DNA from: an uncultured cyanobacterium
Lineage (GTDB): Bacteria > Cyanobacteriota > Cyanobacteriia > Cyanobacteriales > Nostocaceae
Assembly (NCBI GenBank): GCA_963740315.1
Contig: CAVUDP010000002.1
Span: forward strand, 1,440,001-1,504,000
Direction of reading: 5' to 3'
DNA length: 64,000 nucleotides
Part shown: piece after piece, positions 30,402 to 40,098 of the stretch
How the letters are laid out: each line of letters starts with the position of its first letter
How positions within the stretch are numbered: the stretch's first letter is position 1
Translations under genes and position numbers: made by a program
The notes under the pieces: model-generated
Told to the model about the DNA's origin: nothing
Databases searched by the model: none
Seen by the model: only the letters and a program-made list of their open reading frames with translations

Positions 30402-30670
30402 TTAGATACACGCTCCATATCACCACCAAATGAGGCAGCAACATTATAACCAATGCGAATACCAAAGAGTCTTGCATTTGGGTGTTTTTTACGTAAATTG
30501 CGTGCTGCTTTCAAACCAGTTTTGTCTATCTCATAGTCACCTGTTTCAATATTAATAATAATCATCTTACCGATGTTATATTCAGATTCTACTTGTTGAC
30601 GTATGCCATTTTCGTATAATAGTTTTGCACGTCGAGCAACTTCCTCGCGACTTAAAAGTATAGCTTGCAT
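30398..30670 (-). CDS. small hypothetical protein coupled to the clan AA protease
   Basis: GKMIIINIETGDYEID...FGIRIG, with a 4-bp GTGA overlap with the protease gene. Confidence 0.7.
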   Translation of the reverse strand: MQAILLSREEVARRAKLLYENGIRQQVESEYNIGKMIIINIETGDYEIDKTGLKAARNLRKKHPNARLFGIRIGYNVAASFGGDMERVSK

Positions 30671-30952
30671 AAACTTAATTTAAATTACTTGTTAGTCAAG
30701 ATTATGTTAACTATTCTATAATAGGTTACTTCGCTCTATAGTGTATTTATAAATATGCAAAAAATTTAATATTTCGTAACTACTATGGTGCGTTGCGCTC
30801 CGTGACAGGACACCTTATACTTATATTCTCAACTTAACTCTAAATGTTTTTAAAAATTTCTCAAAGCAGTTAAATACATATAAATTATAAGTGTAGAAAA
30901 CAAAAAACAGTTACCAGCTATTTAATAATAAACAACTGATAACTGTTAACTG

Positions 30953-32122
30953 CTAACCGTTAACTGACTTCACAAACTTCTCCAATCGATCCATTCCTTT
31001 TTCAATTGTTGCCATATCGGTGGCGTAAGATAAACGAATGTTATTATCTGCACCGAAGGCTACACCAGGAATTACTGCTACTTGATGCTCTTCTAACAAT
31101 GTTTTGCAGAAGTCTAAAGATTTTAATCCAGTTTCGCTGATGCTTGGAAATAAATAAAATGCACCATCGGGTTGAGAACATTTTAATCCAGGAATGGCGT
31201 TGATTCTTTCTAACATCACTTTGCGACGTTTCGCGAAAGCTTGACGCATTTCCTCCACGCAATCTTGGGAACCTTCCAAAGCTGCGATCGCACCATATTG
31301 AGCAAAGGTACATACGTTTGATGTACTATGACCTTGAACGGTTGTAGCTGCCTTGATTAACTCTACAGGTGCAGCTAAATAACCCAAACGCCATCCCGTC
31401 ATTGAGTAACCTTTGGCGAAACCGTTACTAACAATGGTGCGAGCAAAAATTTCGTCATTCAAAGAGCCGATACTCAGATGCTTTGCGCCGTCGTAGAGAA
31501 TTTTTTCGTAAATCTCGTCGGAAACTACTAAAATATCTTTCTCAACAATAACTTCTGCCAAAGCTTCGATTTCTTCGGGAGTATACACCATACCTGTAGG
31601 GTTGGATGGTGAATTCAACACGAATAATTTAGTCTTTGGCGTAATTGCGCTGCGGAGAATTTCCGGCTCAATTTTATACCCGGTTGTCTCATCAGTCATT
31701 ACAATTACTGGATTGCCGCCGACTAACTTAACCATCTCTGGATAGCTCACCCAGTAAGGTGCGGGAATAATCACCTCATCACCGGGTTCAATCAAAGCCT
31801 GCATTAAATTAAACAGAGAATGCTTACCACCGTTAGTAACGATAATATTCTCCGCTTGATAATCCAGATGATTGGACGATCGCAACTTCTGGGCGATCGC
31901 TTGCCTTAACTTTGGTTCCCCCGCAGCAGGACCATATTTCGTCTTACCTTCATCCAACGCCTTCTTTGCCGCAGCCTTAACATGGGCTGGCGAATCAAAA
32001 TCCGGCTCTCCAGCGCTAAAACTACAAACATCAATACCTTCCGCCTTCATCGCTTTTGCTTTCGCGGCGATCGCCAAAGTTAGAGAAGGCGATACCTGAC
32101 TAATTCTTGCTGCCAGCTTCAT
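30953..32122 (-). CDS. aspC: aspartate aminotransferase (PLP class I)
   Basis: [20 protein letters not shown] and [16 protein letters not shown]. Confidence 0.88.
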   Translation of the reverse strand: MKLAARISQVSPSLTLAIAAKAKAMKAEGIDVCSFSAGEPDFDSPAHVKAAAKKALDEGKTKYGPAAGEPKLRQAIAQKLRSSNHLDYQAENIIVTNGGKHSLFNLMQALIEPGDEVIIPAPYWVSYPEMVKLVGGNPVIVMTDETTGYKIEPEILRSAITPKTKLFVLNSPSNPTGMVYTPEEIEALAEVIVEKDILVVSDEIYEKILYDGAKHLSIGSLNDEIFARTIVSNGFAKGYSMTGWRLGYLAAPVELIKAATTVQGHSTSNVCTFAQYGAIAALEGSQDCVEEMRQAFAKRRKVMLERINAIPGLKCSQPDGAFYLFPSISETGLKSLDFCKTLLEEHQVAVIPGVAFGADNNIRLSYATDMATIEKGMDRLEKFVKSVNG

Positions 32123-32316
32123 CTTTACTTCACATTTCTTTGTTCTTTAACAATATCCCATTATTCCTAAGTTAGTTGTTAGAAGTTAGGAGTGAGCAGT
32201 GAGCAGTGAGCAGTGAGGACCACCGGAGTGAGGATCACCGGAGTGAGGAGTTAAGAATGAGTAGCAAGTGAATAAACCCACCTTTTTTAGAAAAAGCGGG
32301 CTGATTAGCGATCGAG

Positions 32317-32916
32317 TTAATTTAAATTAGGAGTTGGCGCTTCGAGAATCTGTTCTTGTGCGGGATTGTTATTTACTGGAGTGGGATTGTTCCGTATTAA
32401 ATCGGCATCGTAAAAGTAAACGCGACTGCAATATTGAGTGGAACTAGAACAATTTGCCTCGATCGCAACATTACTAACATTATTGACATTAACAGATACA
32501 TTGGCTACTTGTGTGGGTCCAACGGTAACGGTTTCAGTTGGTTTTCCGTCCAAGTAAAGTCGTACCTGTATGCTAGGACTGTTGGGATTGTTGTCGCGCA
32601 TTCCAAAGCCCAAATTCAAAGTTTGAAATACATTTTGAGGACGATTCTTCGGTTTAATATTACAAGTTAGAGATGCCGAACGATAGCCAGGACTCAAATA
32701 AAATCTACTCCTGTAAACTGCTTTACCGATGGAAACATCAAGTTTCTGTTTACGAGCGCTACCGATGCCACTTCCAACGCACTTTGCTTTTAACAAAGAA
32801 ATCGGACGCATTGTTTTTTGTTGAGCAGTTGCTTCACTCAAAGGAAATATCGCAGGTAAGACTACCGCAATGGGTAGAAGAAGCGAAGTGATTAATTTAT
32901 TTCGTTGCATTGACAT
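32317..32916 (-). CDS. secreted hypothetical protein with a beta-sandwich (NPCBM-like) domain
   Basis: Signal peptide ending in ATA-Q, four Cys, LNLGFGMRD...VRLYLDGK. The domain call is tentative. Confidence 0.65.
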   Translation of the reverse strand: MSMQRNKLITSLLLPIAVVLPAIFPLSEATAQQKTMRPISLLKAKCVGSGIGSARKQKLDVSIGKAVYRSRFYLSPGYRSASLTCNIKPKNRPQNVFQTLNLGFGMRDNNPNSPSIQVRLYLDGKPTETVTVGPTQVANVSVNVNNVSNVAIEANCSSSTQYCSRVYFYDADLIRNNPTPVNNNPAQEQILEAPTPNLN

Positions 32917-33010
32917 TCAAAAATTAATTTTAATTAAGCAAGGTGAAAGTCTAAATAATAATACCTAATCGTTCAGTATTTTTTTGTATTAAAGAATTAG
33001 GCGTGGGAAT

Positions 33011-33245
33011 AGGTTAAAGGTCAAAGGTTAAAGGTTAAAGGTTAAAGGTTAAAGGTTAAAGGTTAAAGGTAATGTAGTTAAAAGCTTCAAATTCATAACT
33101 CCTAACTCCCCATCCCCCCCATCTCCCCATCCCCCCAAAGGTTACTGAGCTTGTCGAAGTACTCCCCATCCCCCCATCTCCCCATCCCCCCATCTCCCCA
33201 TCCCCCCATCTCCCCCTCTTCCCATCCCCCCATCCCCCCATCTCC
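33011..33245. repeat. STRR arrays (AAAGGTT)n and (CCCCATCT/CCCCATCC)n with embedded CTGAGCTTGTCGAAG
   Basis: Visible tandem repeats. Confidence 0.88.
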
Positions 33246-33316
33246 AAAAAAAAGGGGCACGGCATAACCGCACCCCCTATAGTTGTTAAGGAAGACTGTT
33301 TTATTTTTTGTTGAAA

Positions 33317-36300
33317 TTAATCGACTGTGACGCGGAAGCGAATAGATCCGGTTTGTATGCCATCGGGTAAAGTACCCAAGTTGACAAGTACTGCGCCTTT
33401 AGCGGGTGTACCGTTTTCCAGATTCTCATCGTTGGTTCTGCAAATATTTGCGAAATCTTCGGGTATTGGCTCTTGAGGTGATAGTGTTCTAGGGTTAGTA
33501 GCACCATTACCTTGACCTGTAACAATAATCCGGTCGTTTGTCAAAGTTGTACCGTTGGGAACTAAGTCGCAGACTCTGACATTTTGCAATTCCCCTTGTC
33601 CTTCTTTTAAGAAGTAAATAGTGTATTCGATTACGTCACCACTTTGTACGCCTTCAGTCCGTTGAAAAATACCTCTAACAGGAGATTGACTGTTGAGATC
33701 GTTATCAGCTTCACGGGCGGGGTTATCTTCAAACTCGCTGAAGGTTTGGTTATTAATCTGAGTAATCCGCTTGACTAATCCTAAGTTTAAAGGTCCTTCT
33801 GAGGATGCTCCCAAACGACCGGGGCGGAAACCAAAGTCAACTTCATTTGTGTTGGGATTGGCTTCGGTTAAGTTAGCCGATAATGTTGTTTCGGTAGTTG
33901 CAGAAAAGTCAGTAGGTCTTGCAGATTCTACGGTGTATGTACCAAGAGGTAAATTATCAAAGATGTAGTTACCGTTTTGATTGGTGGTTGTGGTTCCGAA
34001 ATTCCTACCTTCGGAGTTTCTCAAAGTTAATTGAACTCCAGGAATTCCTGGTTCACCTTCTTCGTTTGGTTCTTTGACACCGTTGTTATTACTGTCGGTG
34101 TAGTCTTGCACTCCGTTACCGTTTGTGTCATTGAAAACGGTATCGCCGATGGAACCTGGTAATCCAGTCATTCTTACCCCAAAATCGGCATCAACAAAGC
34201 TTTGATTGAGTTGCAGAGTTACCGGAATCGGATTAACAGTCTGTGGTCAGAATACTACCGTCGGGAAGCGCTATTTGTACTTGATAATTTCCTGGTGGAA
34301 GATTGTTAAAACTATATTGACCTGGAGTATTTTGGTTGAAAGCGACGGTTTCCGTGTTATCGGTGCGCTGTTCGTCAATTTGGTCGTCGGGGGTACCAAA
34401 AACACCATCTTCTCCGGGACGAATCAATCTGACTAAAACACCGCTAACTCCCGGTTCTCCTTCATCTTGGATGCGGTTAGCATTTACATCCGCAAACACG
34501 GTATCGCCAATCGAACCTTGTATTGGTGGCTGTGGTTGGAAACCAAAGTCAACTGTATCGAGATTTTGACCGGCTTGCAGGGTAACTGGGTTGGGTTGCG
34601 CCAGGGTTGGAGGCAAACCTTGAGGGGGATTCTCAATTGTGACGGTGTAAGTACCCGGTGCTACGTTAAAAAAGTTGTAGGCTCCATTGTCACCCGTAGT
34701 GGTTCTAGCAACTTCGTTTCCGTTCGTATCTCGCAGAATCAAGGTAATTCCGGGGATTCCGATTTCGTTTAAGTCAGGAATACTATCGCCGTCGTTATCG
34801 TAGAAAACAAAGTCTCCAATTGTACCAACCTGTTGCGGTGAGAAACCAAAGTCAGCTTCATCAAAGTTTTGATCTGGTTGTAAAGAAACGGTAGTTGGTG
34901 GCGTTTGAGTTGGAGTTAAACCATCGGGGGGATTATTAACTGTAACTCTGTAATTACCAATAGGTATGTTAGGGAAACTATATATACCTTGATTATTGGT
35001 GGTGGTAGTGTCGGTAGTATCGTCCTCCGTACCCAAGTTACCATCTGGACCAGGACGAGTTAAAGTAACTACAACATTGGGTATTCCCGGTTCATTTGGG
35101 TTTTGAGTTCCGCTGCTGTCGTTATCCCGATAAACGGTATCGCCAATCGTGCCAGTTGACTGCGTAAAGCCAAAATCAGCATCTGGGAAATTTTCACCTG
35201 CATCAAGTTCGATTAATCCATTCGGTGTTTGGGTTTGACTTAATCCCCGAATTGGTTGCTGAGATTGGTCGTTAATAGTAATTCGATAATTACCCGCAGG
35301 TAAATTAGGGAAAGTGTAATTACCATTTGCATCGGTTCTAGTTACACCGCTGGTATCGTCATCATCAAGAGTATTTCCAAACACACCATCTGGTCCGGTA
35401 CCGGCATAGTTAACAAGTACATTCCCGATTCCCGGTTCACCTGGATCTTGTTGACCGTTATTATTAATATCGTTGTAAACCGTATCTCCAATGGTACCTT
35501 GTCCCTGACCTAATTGTCCCGGTGCAAAACCGAAGTCAACTGTATCAATATTTTGACCGCTTTGCAGATTAATAATATCCGTTTGGGTTTGAGTCGCCGT
35601 ATCTCCTTCTCTTGGACTCGTTGCGGTAACTGTGTAATTCGCTGGTGGTAAATTAGGGAAACTGTAATTACCGCTTTCGTCGGTAGTCGTAGTTTGGGTA
35701 GTATCGTCAGGGGTACCGAAGTTACCGTCGGCACCGGGATTATTTAATGTTACCGTCGCTCCAGGAATCCCAGTTTCACCTGGATCTTGGGTGTTATTAC
35801 TGTTGGTATCGCTGTAAACGGTATCTCCAATCGAACCCGTGCCTTGTTGCGGTGCAAAACCAAAATCAACGGTATCTAAATTTTCACCATCAGGTAAATT
35901 AACCGTATCCGCTGGGATTTGAGTGGGAGTTAAACCGTCGGGTGTGGTAGTAGTAACTCGATAGTTACCCGCAGCTAAATTGGGGAAATTGTAAATACCG
36001 TTTTCGTTGGTAGTGGTGGTTTGCGGGGTACCATCGTCGGGAGTACCAAAGTTACCGTCGGCACCGGGATCGGTTAAAGTAACTGTCACCCCAGGGATAC
36101 CAGCTTCACCTGGATCTTGAGTGTTATTACTATTGGTATCGTTATAAACTGTATCGCCGATGCTGCCTTGTCCCTGACCCAATTGTCCTGGTACAAAACC
36201 GAAATCAACTGTATCAATATTTTGACCGGGTGTTAACGCGACGGTATCCGGTTGGGTTTGAGTGGCAGTATCTCCTTCTCTTGAACTCGTTGCGGTAACT

Positions 36301-37670
36301 CTGTAATTACCCGCAGGTAAATTGGGGAAACTGTAAATACCGCTTTCGTTGGTAGTTGTAGTTTGGGTAGTATCGTCAGGGGTACCAAAGTTACCGTCGG
36401 TACCGGGATTAGTTAAAGTAACTGTCGCTCCTTCGATACCTGCTTCACCGTCGTCTTGTATATTATTACTGTTAGTGTCAGTGTAAACCGTATCGCCAAT
36501 ACTACCTACCGTGGACGGCGAGAAACCAAAGTCAGCAGTATCAAAATTTTCACCAGCTTCGACAACAATGGTTCCTGGTGGTGTTTGAGTTGGCGCTAAA
36601 CCATCGGGAGGATTACTAACAGTAACTCGGTAATTACCCGCGGTTACGGGAAAACTGTATATTCCGTTTTGATTGGTAGTTGTAGTTTCCGTGGTGTCGT
36701 CAGGAGTTCCAAATACACCGTCGGCACCCGGATTTGTCAAAGTTAGATTAACTCCAGCAATTCCCTCTTCACCAGGATCTTGAGTACTGTTACCATTAGT
36801 ATCTCGATAAACCGTATCGCCAATCGTAGCAGCATTCACGGGCGCACAGATAGTGAATGGCGCTAAACCGATAGTTTGATCTTGTCCCGGTGGACCGTAT
36901 TCCGTTCCCGGCGTGTAAAGAATGCGGATTTGGTCAACAGCACCCCCTGGAGTAACGGAAACGTTAGCATCTCCATTCTCAGGAAATGAGTTATCAACAA
37001 TCCCGAAAGCCGTATTTCCAGAAATTTGGGTGAATCGACCAAGGGCTTGTAAATTAACCGGAACGTTGGAATTATTATCAGATGCAGTTACCGTAACTCT
37101 ATCTTGGAAAATTCGACCGCTATCTCGTTCTGGTGGACCATTACGGTCAACGTCTAATAATGTTAAAGGTGAAGCTAAGGTAACTGATTGAGCAAAGGTA
37201 ATAGTAAGAGTTGCGCTACCCGGTGCTAAATTACCAGTTTCTGGAGGTTTTCCCGGACCAATATTTATACGTAAATCGTTTCCTGGAGTACCACCGTAGG
37301 TATCACTATTAACTCCTGATTCCGTCGTATCGATAACTCGACCGGGGACTTCTTCAGTTAAAGTAAAGACGGTACGGATGCCGCCAATATTATATTCTTG
37401 TGTTAAATCTGACAGGTTATCGCTAAGGCGCAACCGTACCGTTTCTGGTGCCGTACCCGCAGGACAACTTGCCCCAGTTTGTGCCATTGCCTTTCCATCC
37501 CCAATTAGGGGAAGTTGAGGTATAGAAAACAATAGTGTGAATAAAGTTGTAGACACAAAGGGTTTGGAATTAAATGATGGCAGTGCGATCGCCATTTTCG
37601 TTCCCGGTTCCCCTTTAGTAATTGCCGATAAATGCTTAAATAAAGCTTTCATTTTGTGCTTCCTAAACAA
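33317..37670 (-). CDS. large SdrD_B-repeat surface protein with a C-terminal DUF11-like domain; one gene split by a +1 frameshift near 34241
   Basis: Nine IGDxVyxDxN..QD.gE.Gi repeats (8 in 34233-37670, 1 in 33317-34171). The shifted frame reads TVNPIPVTLQLNQSFVDADFGVRMTGLPGSIGD without a stop. C-terminus LVKRIT...GDVIEYTIYF...CDLVP...IRFRVTVD. Confidence 0.85.
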
Positions 37671-37794
37671 CGAAAAATATTAGGTATTGGGCATTGGGCA
37701 TTGGGATGGGGGGATGGGGGGACAAGGAGAAATTTCAACTCCTAATTCATCACTCCTAACTCCTAACTCATAACCTTTAACCTTTAACCTCTAA

Positions 37795-40059
37795 TTACCT
37801 TCTTTCAATTTGCAAATCTTGCTCTTGATCTTCAACTATTAGGTCTATACCCCTAACATCCTTGAAGATGATTTCAGTACGTCGATCGCGGGCGTAATCC
37901 ACAACGTCGGTACCGCCAGGAACCTTGCGTTGAGATTCACCAAAGGAACGTATGGTCATTCTTTCAGGTGCAATTCCCTTCCGTAACAGATAATTTCTCG
38001 TAGACAGCGCCCGTCGATTACCTAATGCTTGGTTATAAGCGTCACTAGCGCGGGGGTCGGTATGTCCTTGCAGTTCTATAACGATGAATGGATATTGTTT
38101 GAGTACTTCTGCTACTCTGTCTAAGACTTGGGCACTTTCGTCACTAATGAAAGATTTATCTAAAGCAAAGTGGATGTTGCGCGGTACTTGAATCCGAATC
38201 GGTTCCGGTGGCGCTTCTGGTGGTGCTGGTGGTGGTGGTGTTGGTGTTGGTGCGGGTGGTGGTATCGGTCTAGAAATACACTGCGGCGGGTTTATCGGAT
38301 CTACCTTCGGCTGCACGTTAACGTTGGGTATAGTCCCCTCAACACCAATCATCGTCGCGATCGCCGGTTCCGATGTTCCGTATTTGGGGTCGGTGGCGAT
38401 CGCACTGATGACATCTCCTTCTTGGACGTTTTCTAGTTGGGCGGTAAATTTACCGTCTTCCCCTGTGGTAACTATGGTCAAGGGTTCTGTTAATGCGCCG
38501 AATCCAGGTTGATATATAGCTTCTTTTCCCCTTTGATAGTCGCCTAAGCGATAAAATGTGACTTCGCTACCTCTATCTGCTTTCCCGGTGACGATGGCGC
38601 TACTACCGCTGGGGACAAAGTTTTTTTCGGTAAACTGGGGGGCATCGATCGCACCGTTTCCAGTATCTTTACGCCGATTTCCAGAATTGCGTTTGGGGTT
38701 TGGACCATCTCCGCGCTGAAAGTCAATGACTCCCAAATTTCTTTGACTGTTGAGGTCGATACTTAATCCTTCTAAAGCCGCGAATTTATTGTTGCGAATC
38801 TCGTTACGTATTGCAGGTCCTTTTTTACCAATATCGTTTTGAGGAAAGGCAGTAACTACTACCCCCGGTCCGGCTTGATTGTCAATTTCGTTACCAATTA
38901 CTTGATGGTCGCTGCCCATAACGAAAACCGCTGCCCGTCGCAGTCTTCTGCCGTTATAAGTAATTTTATTATTCTGTACTAAAACCTTGCCTTGAGGTTT
39001 AAATAAATACACCCCAGCGCCGTCGTTAGCGCAGATTAAGTTACCCAAAATTTGGGAATTATCAACTATGCCTTCAAACCGCAAAGCATCCGGCATTCCA
39101 TCGATACCGTTACCAAGAATGATGTTTTGCACCACCTGGGTATTTTCCGCCCGTACCGAAGTAATAATTGCGCTACCAGCGTGGTAAGAAATCCGGTTTT
39201 TCCGAATCGTCGCGCCTTGGCTGTTGAATGCGTAAACCCCAAAAGCGGAAATATTATCGGGCATTCTTTCATCTTGAGTTATGCCCAACCAGTTGTTTTC
39301 AATTACTACGTTTTTCGGGGGTTCGTCTCGTTCCCGAAACGGAAAGTTACTCGCGGGTGGTTTCTGCTGGCTGATATCCGGAGGGGGATTACGATGAGCA
39401 ATGACAATATCCCCCGGTGGCGTTGTCAGGGTTGCGGGTTCGGCTTTGCCGTCGTAAATCAACGCGCTTCCCAACTGTTGTTTAATCGGTTCGGCATTGA
39501 AACCGTACAAATTCAAGCCGCGTATGGTGATATTATCCGCAACCACCGTTAAACCGCGAAATACTTCTTGTCCCGTGGCGGGTTTAATCGTCACCAAGGG
39601 CACGGGAATCGCTATCTCCGCCGTTGCCGAGGTATTAGGATCGTATCCCGGTTGCGTGCTGCCATCAATCGTTAACCCCGGTGCAGCCAAATCTGGTAAA
39701 ACCGTTTGCAACTCTATAGTTGTTGCACCACCGGGTAAATTGAATTCAATAGTGCTTCCACTCGACGAACCCGGCGTTACCTGCGCTTGTTCTGCACTAC
39801 TAAGTTGTTGGGGGGTTAGAGTCCCGTTGACAACTTCGATCGCTTCGCGCAAAGTTAATTCACCATCCGCCGTTACCGCATCGGCATTACTATTCACTAC
39901 CACCCGCACCGCCGGAGGATTAAAGTTCGGCTCTTGTGCAAATACTAAATTGGGTAGAAATAATATCGAAGTCGGCAGAACGAAAAATATTTTTTTGTTG
40001 GGTAAAAGCGAAATCAGCTTTAACCTTCTCTCTTTAACCTTTGACCTTTTCTTGGGCAT
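37795..40059 (-). CDS. parallel beta-helix protein with C-terminal OmpA-like peptidoglycan-binding domain
   Basis: Signal peptide ending VFA-Q, VNSNAD...LTLREAI, many xIxNNxI beta-helix coils, a Pro-rich linker, then NIHFALDK...QGHTDPR..DAYNQALGNRRA...SFGE...DRRTEI. AGGAG RBS. Confidence 0.9.
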   Translation of the reverse strand: MPKKRSKVKERRLKLISLLPNKKIFFVLPTSILFLPNLVFAQEPNFNPPAVRVVVNSNADAVTADGELTLREAIEVVNGTLTPQQLSSAEQAQVTPGSSSGSTIEFNLPGGATTIELQTVLPDLAAPGLTIDGSTQPGYDPNTSATAEIAIPVPLVTIKPATGQEVFRGLTVVADNITIRGLNLYGFNAEPIKQQLGSALIYDGKAEPATLTTPPGDIVIAHRNPPPDISQQKPPASNFPFRERDEPPKNVVIENNWLGITQDERMPDNISAFGVYAFNSQGATIRKNRISYHAGSAIITSVRAENTQVVQNIILGNGIDGMPDALRFEGIVDNSQILGNLICANDGAGVYLFKPQGKVLVQNNKITYNGRRLRRAAVFVMGSDHQVIGNEIDNQAGPGVVVTAFPQNDIGKKGPAIRNEIRNNKFAALEGLSIDLNSQRNLGVIDFQRGDGPNPKRNSGNRRKDTGNGAIDAPQFTEKNFVPSGSSAIVTGKADRGSEVTFYRLGDYQRGKEAIYQPGFGALTEPLTIVTTGEDGKFTAQLENVQEGDVISAIATDPKYGTSEPAIATMIGVEGTIPNVNVQPKVDPINPPQCISRPIPPPAPTPTPPPPAPPEAPPEPIRIQVPRNIHFALDKSFISDESAQVLDRVAEVLKQYPFIVIELQGHTDPRASDAYNQALGNRRALSTRNYLLRKGIAPERMTIRSFGESQRKVPGGTDVVDYARDRRTEIIFKDVRGIDLIVEDQEQDLQIERR

Positions 40060-40098
40060 TGCTCGCTCCTATAACACCACATTTGACCAATACAACAG

